A stretch of 64,000 nt of DNA from an uncultured Bacillales bacterium (GTDB lineage: Bacteria > Bacillota_I > Bacilli_A > RFN20 > CAG-288): the NCBI GenBank assembly GCA_949287425.1, contig CASEGJ010000003.1, positions 8,993 through 72,992 on the forward strand, read 5' to 3'. The position numbers were made by a program, and so were the translations under genes. Below, one piece after another: positions 1 to 11,512 of this stretch. Position 1 is the stretch's first letter. The number at the start of each line of letters is the position of its first letter. The notes below the pieces were generated by a model. The model saw only the letters and a list, made by a program, of their open reading frames with translations, did no database searches and was not told the origin of the DNA.

Positions 1-90
1 TTATCTAGCGCAGCTCAATATAAAATGAGTGATAGAATAAGATAAGCTCTTCCATTCACTTTATAGTCTTAGTTATGAAAGGAATTAATT

Positions 91-306
91 ATGAAAAAAG
101 TTCACGCTGTATTGACAATCTACGATTATTTATTAAACAAAAAATCGTTCAAGACTAGAGACATCGAACAATTAACCGGTTGCTCTAATAGAACTTGTGT
201 TCGTTATATCAAAGATATAAGAACTTATTTAGAACAATCTGGTCAAAACGTTGCTTTAGTTTATTCTAAACAATTAAAGTCTTTCGTCTTAGCTGAAAAA
301 GAATAA
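91..306 (+). CDS. small hypothetical protein, possible HTH DNA-binding (DeoR/HTH_11-like N-terminal pattern)
   Basis: 71-aa ORF upstream of groES; basic, with a helix-turn-helix-like segment (TRDIEQLTGCSNRTCVRYIKDI); no recognisable family. Confidence 0.3.
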   Translation: MKKVHAVLTIYDYLLNKKSFKTRDIEQLTGCSNRTCVRYIKDIRTYLEQSGQNVALVYSKQLKSFVLAEKE

Positions 307-471
307 TCTTTATTAGTTTGCTTTTATAACTATCTTTAAGTAAATATCTATTTGATAATAAATCAACAACTAGGGATAAATAAGACCTATAAGCCTAAAA
401 TTAACAAAAAATAGATGGTTTTGTTTTATTTACCCCTTTTTTCATGCCTTCAAAATAAATTTTTTAACAAA

Positions 472-498
472 TTAGCACTCTTGTATTGACATTGCTAA
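472..498. promoter_or_regulatory. CIRCE-like HrcA operator (TTAGCACTC-N9-CATTGCTAA, right arm 2 mismatches) overlapping -35 TTGACA (487-492)
   Basis: Inverted repeat matching CIRCE consensus TTAGCACTC-N9-GAGTGCTAA directly upstream of groES-groEL. Confidence 0.5.
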
Positions 499-546
499 TT
501 TTTAAGATAGAATATGTATTGTAAGCAAAAAAAGGAGTTTAAAAAT

Positions 547-2462
<1,916 letters not shown>

Positions 2463-2486
2463 TTCGATAATTAATTTTATCCAAGC

Positions 2487-2527
2487 AAAAAGACTAGTTA
2501 AATTTTACAAGCTAGTCTTTTTTTTAG
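2487..2527. terminator. bidirectional intrinsic terminator between groEL (+) and rpiB (-)
   Basis: AAAAGACTAG...CTAGTCTTT 9-bp stem followed by T-run. Confidence 0.55.
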
Positions 2528-2532
2528 ATTTT

Positions 2533-2988
2533 TTATTTTTCCTGTTCAAATTCAGAAATCATATCAACTCTAATTTGATGTCTGCCTTCTAAAAATGGAG
2601 TATTTAAAAAGATTTTTGCACATTCTAATGCTTCATCTTTATCGATATATTTAGCGCCGAAAGCCATCATATTTGCATTGTTATGTTCTCTAGTTAATCT
2701 AGCTGTGTCTTTGTTATATATTAATCCACAACGAATAGATTTAACCTTGTTAGCACAAATACATACTCCTTCTCCAGTAGTGCATATCACTATTCCATAA
2801 TCAGCCTGATGTAGCTGAACTTTCTTAGCAACTTTAAAAGCAAATTCAGGATAATTACATGAAGCTTCAGAATAAGTTCCACAATCAATCAAATTATAGC
2901 CTTCTTTAATTAAATTATTAATTAAATAAGTTTTTAATTGAAATCCGCCGTGATCACTTCCAATTGCAATATTTAATTGTTTTTCCAT
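2533..2988 (-). CDS. rpiB: ribose-5-phosphate isomerase B (RpiB/LacAB family)
   Basis: 151 aa; IAIGSDHGG start, conserved Cys/His pattern of RpiB. Confidence 0.85.
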   Translation of the reverse strand: MEKQLNIAIGSDHGGFQLKTYLINNLIKEGYNLIDCGTYSEASCNYPEFAFKVAKKVQLHQADYGIVICTTGEGVCICANKVKSIRCGLIYNKDTARLTREHNNANMMAFGAKYIDKDEALECAKIFLNTPFLEGRHQIRVDMISEFEQEK

Positions 2989-2990
2989 TT

Positions 2991-3611
2991 TTATTCTCCT
3001 TTATATACTTTTAATATTTCATCAAAACTAAGTTCTCCTAATCTAATTAATTTAATTTGATTTGGATTAGTAAAATCAACTATTGTCGATGGTTTACTTG
3101 GAATGTAAGCGTCGTCAATTATATATTCAATTTGTCCTTTAAATTGATTATATACTTCTTCAGGTTTTAATAAAGGTGGCATTGAAGAAAGATTAGCTGA
3201 AGGAACTAATAATGGTTTACCAACTCTAGAAATAAAATCTTGCAACTTAGAATTAGATGATATTCTTATACCTATTGAAGGACTATTTAAGCTAACTTGA
3301 TAAGGCAAATTCGCTTTAGGTTTTAATAACAAAGTTAATGGACCAGGTACAAATTGAGAAATAACCCTTTGAATTTTATCATCAATATAAGCAAATTTAT
3401 TAAAATCAAAATCTTTTCCACCCATTAAAGTAAACGGTTTATTAGGTGGCCTTTTTTTTATTTCAACTAGTTTTAAAAAAGCTCGATAATTATCATAAAC
3501 ACATCCTAAGCCATAAACTGTTTCAGTTGGAAAAGCGATTACTTGTCCATCTTGTAAAGCTTTAACCCCTAAAGAAGAAGAAAATTTAATAAATTTAGTT
3601 GAACATTCCAT
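2991..3611 (-). CDS. tsaC: L-threonylcarbamoyladenylate synthase (YrdC/TsaC family, t6A biosynthesis)
   Basis: 206 aa; TETVYGLG motif of the YrdC fold. Confidence 0.8.
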   Translation of the reverse strand: MECSTKFIKFSSSLGVKALQDGQVIAFPTETVYGLGCVYDNYRAFLKLVEIKKRPPNKPFTLMGGKDFDFNKFAYIDDKIQRVISQFVPGPLTLLLKPKANLPYQVSLNSPSIGIRISSNSKLQDFISRVGKPLLVPSANLSSMPPLLKPEEVYNQFKGQIEYIIDDAYIPSKPSTIVDFTNPNQIKLIRLGELSFDEILKVYKGE

Positions 3612-3733
3612 ACGTAAAAATTATATCACTAACATTTTAAATCGAATGTAAAATTCAAAGTAGCTTTTAAAATAAACTTAATACAAATTATGCTAAAATA
3701 ATTAATTAGAAAAGATACTATTATTTCTAAATT

Positions 3734-6700
3734 ATGTCAAAAGTTAAATTTAATGAAATTGTTTCATCTTTAAAAAGCGAATGTGAATCCTGTCCCTTTT
3801 TAAAAATGAATTTTTCTAACATCAATCAAATAGATATAATTACTAATTCACAAGGTCTATTTTTAGAAAATTTATTTAAAAACACCTCTTTTTCGTTTGT
3901 TAATTTTTTTGATACAAATACTAGTTTAAATGATGATGTAATTAAGTTTAATCAAATTGAAATTCAAAAGAAAGCTAAATATAACATCAACGAAATTGAA
4001 GAATTATTAAAAACTCAACCTTTAAAATATAACGAATTAACAACCACTCTACTTAGCAATCAACAAAGCAAACAATTAACCTCTTTATTAAATCAAGATG
4101 ATGTTTTTCTTACTTTTTTAAACCTTTATTATCAAAAAAAGGATTCTAAAACAATATATTCAACACCTTTGTTATTTTTTAAGGTCAAATTATTTTTCAA
4201 AGATAATTCGATAAACTTATCTTTAGACTATAATACCTATCTATTTAACAGCTTAATTATCAATCAATTAAAACGCGATTATAACATCGATTTAACATAT
4301 TCAAAATACACTTTTAATTTAGAAGAATATATTTTAGAAACGCAAAAGAAAATCAGCAATTTTCATTTTGGAATCGATTGTGTTTTTTCTTTAATTAAAT
4401 TTGATGTTTTTAAATATTTAAAACTCGATACCGTTTTAGAATATTTCGATTCCAACTATCATACTAGCAATGATGTTTTTTTACATTTAAATAATGAATT
4501 TACCCCTACAAATCTCACTTATAATTCAAAATCAACTCAACTTGATTTTGTTCAACAAGCCATCAATCAATTGCAAAACCATTCAATAATTCAAGTTGAT
4601 AAATTAAACAAATTTTCCACTCGTTTTATAAAAGAAACAATTAATGAACACATATTTAAGAAACAAAACGTTCTTTTTATAACACCTTCCAAAAATAAAG
4701 AAGATGAGCTAAGGAAAATGCTTATTCAAAATTATTATGATGGCTTTTTCTTGCCGGTTCACGTTTATGATCCAAATTTTTCTATCTTTTCTTTAATTAA
4801 AAATAGCAAAAATAAAACCAATTATATTCTCGATTCAAATTTAATCTACCAAAAACAAGAAGTTTCCGAACTAAACGATGAATTTCAGCATCTTTCCTCT
4901 GAATTATGTCAAATAGGAACATCATTACAAGAAGACGATTTTGAAATTTTCACACATTATTATTCAAACGCATGTCTAGCTAATCAAATTTTTGAATTTA
5001 GAACAGATCAAGAATATTCATTTAATAATTATTTGACAGATTTAGATTTTTTAAAATTTTTAAGCGAAAATAAATACTATGATACACATGGCATTTTAAA
5101 TAATAAATATCATTTAATTTCCAATTTACTTAACGATTATGAATATGATGATTTTATTAAATTTATTAAACAAACCCTGCAAGAATTTAACATTTTTTAT
5201 CAGCTTTTAGATCAATCACATATAAAAGAGTCAAATTTTTCTAATTTTACATTTATAAATCAAGTTCTAAAAATCATTAAAGAAATAAATATATTTACCG
5301 ATTTTAATTTTTTTAATCTCGATTATTTTAATTTCGATTTTTCAAAACAAAATTTAGATTATTCTAACCAATTAAAAGATTGTTATAGAACTCATGCTTC
5401 AATTCATTTAACTTTAGATATGGTGTGTAATCAAGATGTTTGGAAATTAAATTTTCAAGATGTTTTGAACTCTTTAAAAGATAAAAAGGCAGAGAAAGAA
5501 ACGCGTAAGATGTTTAGAAACATCATCAAAATATCCCCATTTAGCAAAACGTATAAATCCGTTTTAATCTTGCTTGATAAATATATCAAAAACGAGGAAT
5601 TAACTAACCAATTAAAAGAAAAGCTTTATCCTTATTTTAAAGATGAATGTTTAAGTTTAGATGGCTTATTAAACTTAGATAAAATTGCAAAATATATAGA
5701 TAGTTATAAACAATTTCAAGCCAATCACCCTGATTACGATTTTCACAGTGATTTTACAAAACAAGTTTTTACTAACAAATCTTATTTTGAAGAAATTAAA
5801 CTCGGTATTGAGAATTTACAAAAACAATTTCAAAAGATTCAAGAAAATTTAAACAAACTATTAATTATCTTACCTAATGATAGTTTTAACTATTTAAATT
5901 CCTCTTTTGAAGAAATAAACAAACACTTAAATAATTATCTAACTGGAACCAAAGAAGAATTTATAACAGCCTTAACCTTTAATAAGCTCTACAATAAAAC
6001 ATCGTATTTTATTAAACAAGCGATTCAACAATCTCCTGCTGAAAATTTAAATAATTTTTCTATAAACTTTCAAACCTCTATCAATCAATATGTACTATTG
6101 GATAACTTCAATCGTATCGGTGGAATTAAAACTCTAGAAACAGCCAATTCTATTTTAAATGAATTTTATACTAAAAATAATTCTGTAATTGAAAACTTAG
6201 ATTTAGATTTGATTAATTTCTTTAATAAAGCTAAAGATCAATTGATTAACTTACCTTCTTTTAATCAGACTTTAAGCCAACTAAAACGCGAATATCAAAA
6301 TGGTCAAATTTATTCCTTGTTTAGAAGTATAGATGTATCTGGGTATTTGCTTTATCACCTTAATCCTATTGAAATCATCAATATTTATTCTGCGATTTAT
6401 TTAAAAAACTATAAATTTAATTTAGCTATTGTTGATTTAGAACAAATCTCATTAGAAGATTTGCTGTTCTCATTTTTATTAGCAGACAAAGTTATTCTAA
6501 TTGGAAATTTAACTCATCAAATAGAAAATTGTATTCCACATTTTCAAGCGAGTTTATCAACCGATTTATCTATATATACATACTCTTTACCAAAAGAAGT
6601 GTTAAATAGAATTATTAATTGTTTTAATAGACATAACATCAAATTAGAATTAAATAAAAAGATAGACGATTTTACTATCGGTTATTATTTTGAAGTTAAC

Positions 6701-7300
6701 AACAATAAATTCGCTTTAAAAGTAGAAACATCTAAAGATATCTTAACTTTTAAAAATTGTAATTTAATTCCATCGTTTTTATATAATAATTATCAAATTA
6801 AAACAAAATATTTATATTTAATCCCATTTATCATTTATGAAGATTTATCTGTTCTTTTACTATATAACGAGATTGATTTTAATAAAAATCAAGAACTCGT
6901 TGAAAAGAAAAAATACGATTCATTAACATATGAACAAAAAAGAAGAGTTGATTACTTTTCAATGTTAGATAAAATCTCTCAATCTTTTAAAGAATATTCA
7001 CCTAATCAAGAAGAAAAGATAACAAAAATAACCCCTTTAAGAAGATCCAATTTAAAATTAAGAGCTGTTGAAACAATTTCTTATTTAGAAATCGCTGGTG
7101 GTATCTTAACCTTCCTTTCTAAATTTTCATATTTAAATAAACAAACTTTATTAAAAAGAATAGCGTTAGTAATTGGAACAACAGAAAAAGATATAAATTA
7201 TAATATTCTATTTAACAAAGCATGTTCTTTTTTAGAAGAAGAAAATTTAATTGAAGCAAAAGAAAACCGCTTATATTTAAAGCGGCAATCTAATATATAA
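3734..7300 (+). CDS. 1188-aa hypothetical protein with a degenerate SF1 (Upf1/DNA2-like) helicase core; no Walker A
   Basis: Long uninterrupted ORF. Segment AIVDLEQ-(N10)-ADKVILIGNLTHQI resembles helicase motif II (vIiDEAgQ) and motif III (vvLvGDhkQLpP) with catalytic residues replaced. No GxxxxGK[TS] anywhere. N/F/K-rich. Confidence 0.6.
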   Translation: MSKVKFNEIVSSLKSECESCPFLKMNFSNINQIDIITNSQGLFLENLFKNTSFSFVNFFDTNTSLNDDVIKFNQIEIQKKAKYNINEIEELLKTQPLKYNELTTTLLSNQQSKQLTSLLNQDDVFLTFLNLYYQKKDSKTIYSTPLLFFKVKLFFKDNSINLSLDYNTYLFNSLIINQLKRDYNIDLTYSKYTFNLEEYILETQKKISNFHFGIDCVFSLIKFDVFKYLKLDTVLEYFDSNYHTSNDVFLHLNNEFTPTNLTYNSKSTQLDFVQQAINQLQNHSIIQVDKLNKFSTRFIKETINEHIFKKQNVLFITPSKNKEDELRKMLIQNYYDGFFLPVHVYDPNFSIFSLIKNSKNKTNYILDSNLIYQKQEVSELNDEFQHLSSELCQIGTSLQEDDFEIFTHYYSNACLANQIFEFRTDQEYSFNNYLTDLDFLKFLSENKYYDTHGILNNKYHLISNLLNDYEYDDFIKFIKQTLQEFNIFYQLLDQSHIKESNFSNFTFINQVLKIIKEINIFTDFNFFNLDYFNFDFSKQNLDYSNQLKDCYRTHASIHLTLDMVCNQDVWKLNFQDVLNSLKDKKAEKETRKMFRNIIKISPFSKTYKSVLILLDKYIKNEELTNQLKEKLYPYFKDECLSLDGLLNLDKIAKYIDSYKQFQANHPDYDFHSDFTKQVFTNKSYFEEIKLGIENLQKQFQKIQENLNKLLIILPNDSFNYLNSSFEEINKHLNNYLTGTKEEFITALTFNKLYNKTSYFIKQAIQQSPAENLNNFSINFQTSINQYVLLDNFNRIGGIKTLETANSILNEFYTKNNSVIENLDLDLINFFNKAKDQLINLPSFNQTLSQLKREYQNGQIYSLFRSIDVSGYLLYHLNPIEIINIYSAIYLKNYKFNLAIVDLEQISLEDLLFSFLLADKVILIGNLTHQIENCIPHFQASLSTDLSIYTYSLPKEVLNRIINCFNRHNIKLELNKKIDDFTIGYYFEVNNNKFALKVETSKDILTFKNCNLIPSFLYNNYQIKTKYLYLIPFIIYEDLSVLLLYNEIDFNKNQELVEKKKYDSLTYEQKRRVDYFSMLDKISQSFKEYSPNQEEKITKITPLRRSNLKLRAVETISYLEIAGGILTFLSKFSYLNKQTLLKRIALVIGTTEKDINYNILFNKACSFLEEENLIEAKENRLYLKRQSNI

Positions 7301-7314
7301 ATTAATTTTAATAC

Positions 7315-7560
7315 TTATTTTTTACGTCTATTTTCAATATAGTCTAAATATTCTCTAGGATCTGCTTTATATTTTTTAATAATGCACATTATTAAATCTA
7401 AAATATTCCACAATTCACCAATAGCGCACATGTTAGAAATTAATTTTATTAAAAACAATTTCCATCCTGCAGATTTCATTACATAAAATTTATCAACACC
7501 TAACCAACCAAAGAACAATATTATTAGAAATAACCATATATCAAATTTTTCTTCTTCCAT
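7315..7560 (-). CDS. TM2-domain small membrane protein
   Basis: 81 aa; FGWLGVDKFY motif and two TM helices. Confidence 0.5.
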   Translation of the reverse strand: MEEEKFDIWLFLIILFFGWLGVDKFYVMKSAGWKLFLIKLISNMCAIGELWNILDLIMCIIKKYKADPREYLDYIENRRKK

Positions 7561-7679
7561 ATTAAACTCCTAACTTACTCAATTAATTATAAAGATGTTA
7601 AGCATTTTATTCAACATTTATTAGTTTCATCAAATCCGTTATTTGTTTTATACTTTATAAGTATATAAAGGAATAAATT

Positions 7680-8543
7680 ATGAATAATAAAACTTTAATT
7701 CAAAAAGACAATGATATTTCTCATATTATAGTTAAAAAATATCGCTTTAAACTTTGGAACCCGTTTATTAAAGCAATTAAACAATATCAATTAATTCAAC
7801 CAAACGATAGAATTTGTGTATGTATTTCCGGAGGAAAAGATTCTATGCTTATGGCAAAGCTTTTTTCAATACTTCATAAATACACTGAAATTCCATTTGA
7901 TGTTGAATATTTGGTAATGAATCCTGGTTATAATCCAAAAAATCTAGACTTAATTAAGTATAATTTAAATAAACTTGAAATCCCCGCTAAAATTGTAGAA
8001 ACAAACATCTTTGCTGTCGCTAATATGCAAACTCAATCACCTTGTTATTTATGTGCCAAGATGAGAAGAGGAGCGCTATATCGAATCGCTAAAGACGAAC
8101 TTAATTGTAACAAAATTGCACTTGGTCATCATTATGATGATGTAATTGAAACGACATTAATGAACATGTTAAATGCAGGAAGTTTTCAAACTATGCTACC
8201 TAAATTACATTCAGAGAATTATCCTGGTATGGAATTAATTAGACCATTATATTTACTTCGAGAAAAAGATATTATTCAATTTAAAAATTATTGTGAACTT
8301 GAATTTTTACAATGCGCCTGCAAATTTACCGAACAATCAACATATACTCCTGAAATTGTTGCTTCAATGCGCAAAAAGACAAAGGAGCTAATTAAAGAGC
8401 TTATGAAAAACTACTCTCCCACAGTAGATAAATGTATTTTTAGAGCTGCATGCAACGTAAATATGGATCTTGTTTTAGGATATAAAAAACATGGTAAAAT
8501 GCATACTTTTCTTGATGAATACAACGGACAAGAAGGCGAGTAG
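7680..8543 (+). CDS. ttcA: tRNA 2-thiocytidine(32) synthetase TtcA (PP-loop ATPase)
   Basis: SGGKDS PP-loop, CYLCAKMRRGALY and ALGHHYDD and CAC motifs matching TtcA rather than TilS. Confidence 0.8.
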   Translation: MNNKTLIQKDNDISHIIVKKYRFKLWNPFIKAIKQYQLIQPNDRICVCISGGKDSMLMAKLFSILHKYTEIPFDVEYLVMNPGYNPKNLDLIKYNLNKLEIPAKIVETNIFAVANMQTQSPCYLCAKMRRGALYRIAKDELNCNKIALGHHYDDVIETTLMNMLNAGSFQTMLPKLHSENYPGMELIRPLYLLREKDIIQFKNYCELEFLQCACKFTEQSTYTPEIVASMRKKTKELIKELMKNYSPTVDKCIFRAACNVNMDLVLGYKKHGKMHTFLDEYNGQEGE

Positions 8544-8582
8544 TTATATAACAACTTGTTATAAATAACAAAAGTTGTTAAT

Positions 8583-8626
8583 ATGAAAAAACACGTATAG
8601 ATAGGTGCTTTTTCATACTTTTTGCT
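8583..8626 (+). terminator. intrinsic terminator after ttcA
   Basis: ATGAAAAAACAC...GTGCTTTTTCAT 11-bp stem plus T-run. Confidence 0.5.
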
Positions 8627-8689
8627 TTATAAACCCCCTTTTTACTTTTATGTTGATTTTTTTTAAATTAATAATTATACTATTAGCGT

Positions 8690-8890
8690 TAATAAGGCTA
8701 AGCCTAGTAACTAATTTGTTCATTTTTAGAGAGTGTTGATTGGTGAAAATACACATTGATTAATTAGTGAATTCCAGCTTGTTTATATTCCTTATTTACA
8801 AACTAATAAGATAGATTTCAAACATCTATGAAATTGGGTGGCACCACGATAAATTCGTCCCATGTAACTGTGGGATTTTTTTATTCCAAA
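8690..8890 (+). promoter_or_regulatory. T-box riboswitch leader of serS (tRNA-Ser sensing); T-box sequence AATTGGGTGGCACCACG at 8832-8848, terminator/antiterminator 8856-8886
   Basis: Canonical T-box motif AAnnnGGGTGGnACCnCG; promoter TTGATT-N17-TATACT ~8654-8682; AGAGA (GA-motif) and UCC candidate specifier in stem I; immediately upstream of serS. Confidence 0.75.
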
Positions 8891-8904
8891 GAAAGGAGAA
8901 CGAT

Positions 8905-10182
8905 ATGTTAGATATAAAATTTATTAGAGAACATTTAGAAGAGGTTATTGAAAGACTTAACACTAGAAATGGCGATTATTCTTATTTAAGAGAAATTCCT
9001 AATTTAGACGCTAAAAGAAAAGAGCTCATTCAAAAAAGCGATGGTTTAAAAGCTGAAAGAAATGAAAAATCTAAACTTGTTGGCCAATATAAACGTGAAG
9101 GTAAAGACGCAAGTCAAATCATGCAAGCTATTACTAATTCCAAAGAGGAAATTGCTAAACTAGATAAAGAATTAGCAGAAATTGATGAAAAGATTAAACA
9201 AATACTATTAGCTACTCCTAATTTGCCAGATAAATCATTACCTATTGGGAAAGACGATACTTTTAATGAAGTGGTTTTTAAATGGGGTGAACCTAGACAA
9301 TTTGATTTTCCAATTCTCTCACATTGGGATTTAGGAGCTAAAAAAGGATATTTTGATCCTGAAAGAGCCGCTAAAGTAGCCGGTCCAAGATTCACTTTCT
9401 ATAAAGGTCCTTTTGCTAAACTAGAAAGAGCGGTCGCTAATTTCATGTTAGATACACATACTAAAAACGGATATACTGAAATTCTTCCTCCTTATTTAGT
9501 AAATACAGCTTCTTTTACAGGCACTGGTCAATTACCAAAATTTGCCAATCAAGCTTATCATGTCGATAATCAAACTGAAGGTGACTTCTGGATGATTCCA
9601 ACCGCTGAAGTTCCTGTTACTAACTATTTTAGAGAAGAAATTCTCGATGGAGATATCCTCCCTGTTAGATTTACAGCCTATTCTTCATGTTTTAGAGCTG
9701 AAGCTGGTGCGGCTGGAAGAGATACTCACGGATTAATTAGACAACATCAATTTCAAAAAGTTGAACTTGTAACATTTTGTAAACCTGAAGATTCTTTCAA
9801 AGAGCTTGAACATTTAACTAATGAAGCTGAAACAATTCTTCAACTATTAAAACTTCCTTATAGAAAAGTAGTATTATCTACTGGCGATGTCGGATTTAAT
9901 GCTGCAAAATGTTATGATTTAGAAGTTTGGCTACCTTCTTATAACGCCTATAAAGAAATCTCATCTTGTTCAAATGATACAGACTATCAAGCTAGAAGAA
10001 TGTCAATTAGATTCAAAAGAAGTAAAACTTCTCCAACTGAACTTGTTCATACTTTAAATGGATCAGGTCTAGCCGTTGGAAGAACTGTAGCCGCTATTAT
10101 TGAAAACTATCAAAATGCTGATGGTAGTATTACAATTCCTGATGTTTTAGTCCCATATATGGGTTGTAAAGTTATAGAATAA
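8905..10182 (+). CDS. serS: seryl-tRNA synthetase
   Basis: 425 aa; N-terminal coiled coil, class II motifs (FRxE, GLxRQHQFxKVE, GSGLAVGR). Confidence 0.95.
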   Translation: MLDIKFIREHLEEVIERLNTRNGDYSYLREIPNLDAKRKELIQKSDGLKAERNEKSKLVGQYKREGKDASQIMQAITNSKEEIAKLDKELAEIDEKIKQILLATPNLPDKSLPIGKDDTFNEVVFKWGEPRQFDFPILSHWDLGAKKGYFDPERAAKVAGPRFTFYKGPFAKLERAVANFMLDTHTKNGYTEILPPYLVNTASFTGTGQLPKFANQAYHVDNQTEGDFWMIPTAEVPVTNYFREEILDGDILPVRFTAYSSCFRAEAGAAGRDTHGLIRQHQFQKVELVTFCKPEDSFKELEHLTNEAETILQLLKLPYRKVVLSTGDVGFNAAKCYDLEVWLPSYNAYKEISSCSNDTDYQARRMSIRFKRSKTSPTELVHTLNGSGLAVGRTVAAIIENYQNADGSITIPDVLVPYMGCKVIE

Positions 10183-10186
10183 TTGA

Positions 10187-10221
10187 AAAGCTGCTTGATT
10201 TAAATCAGGCAGCTTATTTTT
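10187..10221. terminator. bidirectional terminator between serS (+) and XRE regulator (-)
   Basis: AAGCTGCTTGATTTAAATCAGGCAGCTT long hairpin plus T-run. Confidence 0.5.
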
Positions 10222-10537
10222 CATCATGGCTCAATTTTATATACTCTTCAATTTCAACTATTATATTTTTCATGTGTCTTTGTAACATTTGCTGTCTTTT
10301 TTTGTTTTCACTATTAGAAACCATCTTTCTAATTTGGCTTCTTCCAATTAAGTAATCCAAACTAACATCGAACAAATCAGCAATTTTACATAATTTATCA
10401 ACACTAGGTATACATACCCCATTTTCCCAGTTAGAATATGTTGAAACTTTGACCCCTAAATTAAAAGCGACTTCTTTTTGACAAAGATTTTTTTCTTCTC
10501 TTAAATCACACAATATCTTTGAAAAAGCTGTTTTCAT
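10214..10537 (-). CDS. XRE-family helix-turn-helix transcriptional regulator (probable start ATG at 10537)
   Basis: LCQKEVAFNLGVKVSTYSNWENG HTH_3 pattern. Confidence 0.7.
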   Translation of the reverse strand: MKTAFSKILCDLREEKNLCQKEVAFNLGVKVSTYSNWENGVCIPSVDKLCKIADLFDVSLDYLIGRSQIRKMVSNSENKKRQQMLQRHMKNIIVEIEEYIKLSHDEK

Positions 10538-10628
10538 ATAAATTATTAAACAACAAAACATAACAACTTTTCGTTATTTAACAATTTAATTGTAAAATTA
10601 GCGTTTTATTACAACTACGTTGTATTTT

Positions 10629-11501
10629 TTATAATTCTGAATCATCATTTTTAAGAATTGTTTTATACATGTTAGGTCTTCTATCTCTATAGATTCCCCA
10701 ATTTCTTCTATATTCAGCAATTTTATCTAAATCAAAAGAATGTATTAAGATTTCTTCTTTATCTTTTGAAGCTTGTTCAACAACATTTCCTGCTTCATCT
10801 GCTATAAAAGAATTTCCGAAAAAAGTCATTGATGAATTAATATCATCTTCTTTGCCGATTCTATTAGAAGCAACAACAGGCATAATATTTAATGCTGCTT
10901 GCCCAACCATAGCATTTTGCCAGTGCTTTGAAGTGTCAATCGGTAAAATTGGTTCACTTCCAATAGCGGTTGGAAACATCAAATATTCCGCCCCTTTTAA
11001 CGCTAATGATCTCCCGACTTCTAAAAACCACTGATCCCAGCAAATAGCAATGCCTAAATTACCATATTTAGTTTTAAAAACTTTAAAACCAGTATCTCCT
11101 GGCGTAAAATAAAACTTTTCTTCATAGCATTGTCCAGTTGGAATATGAGTTTTTCTATATAGACCTAAATCAGTACCATCAGCATCAATTACAGCAATTG
11201 AATTAAAGTAACAATTACCTGATTTTTCAAAAAATGAAATAGGTAAAACAACATTATATTTTTTCGCAATTTGCTTAAAATGAGCTAAAGTCTTACTATT
11301 TTTATATTCTTCTGCATAATCAAAACGAGAATAATCTTCAATTTGACAAAAATATTTTCTTTCAAATAATTCTTGTAACAAAATAACATTAGCTCCTTGT
11401 TTACTAGCTTGAGCAATTAATTTATCTGCCTTAGCTATATTTTCTTCATAATTAGAACTACATTGCATTTGCGTTGCGGCTAAATTTACTATTCTTGACA
11501 T
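10629..11501 (-). CDS. aguB: N-carbamoylputrescine amidase (nitrilase/CN-hydrolase superfamily)
   Basis: 290 aa; E-K-C triad context (ICWDQWF), adjacent to agmatine deiminase. Confidence 0.8.
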   Translation of the reverse strand: MSRIVNLAATQMQCSSNYEENIAKADKLIAQASKQGANVILLQELFERKYFCQIEDYSRFDYAEEYKNSKTLAHFKQIAKKYNVVLPISFFEKSGNCYFNSIAVIDADGTDLGLYRKTHIPTGQCYEEKFYFTPGDTGFKVFKTKYGNLGIAICWDQWFLEVGRSLALKGAEYLMFPTAIGSEPILPIDTSKHWQNAMVGQAALNIMPVVASNRIGKEDDINSSMTFFGNSFIADEAGNVVEQASKDKEEILIHSFDLDKIAEYRRNWGIYRDRRPNMYKTILKNDDSEL

Positions 11502-11512
11502 TTTTATCTCCT

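Noticed and set aside
514-546. Extended GroES start at 514 (MYCKQKKEFKN...)
   Set aside because: The RBS AGGAG is positioned for the ATG at 547, and the conserved GroES N-terminus begins MIKPL; the upstream extension overlaps the promoter/CIRCE.
9114-9395. Antisense ORFs inside serS (9114..9395), aguB (10852..11034), dedA (15089..15292), the lipoprotein gene (15822..16031), maa (16859..17083) and rsmE-adjacent genes
   Set aside because: Each lies wholly within a better-supported gene on the opposite strand. They are typical spurious ORFs of AT-rich DNA.
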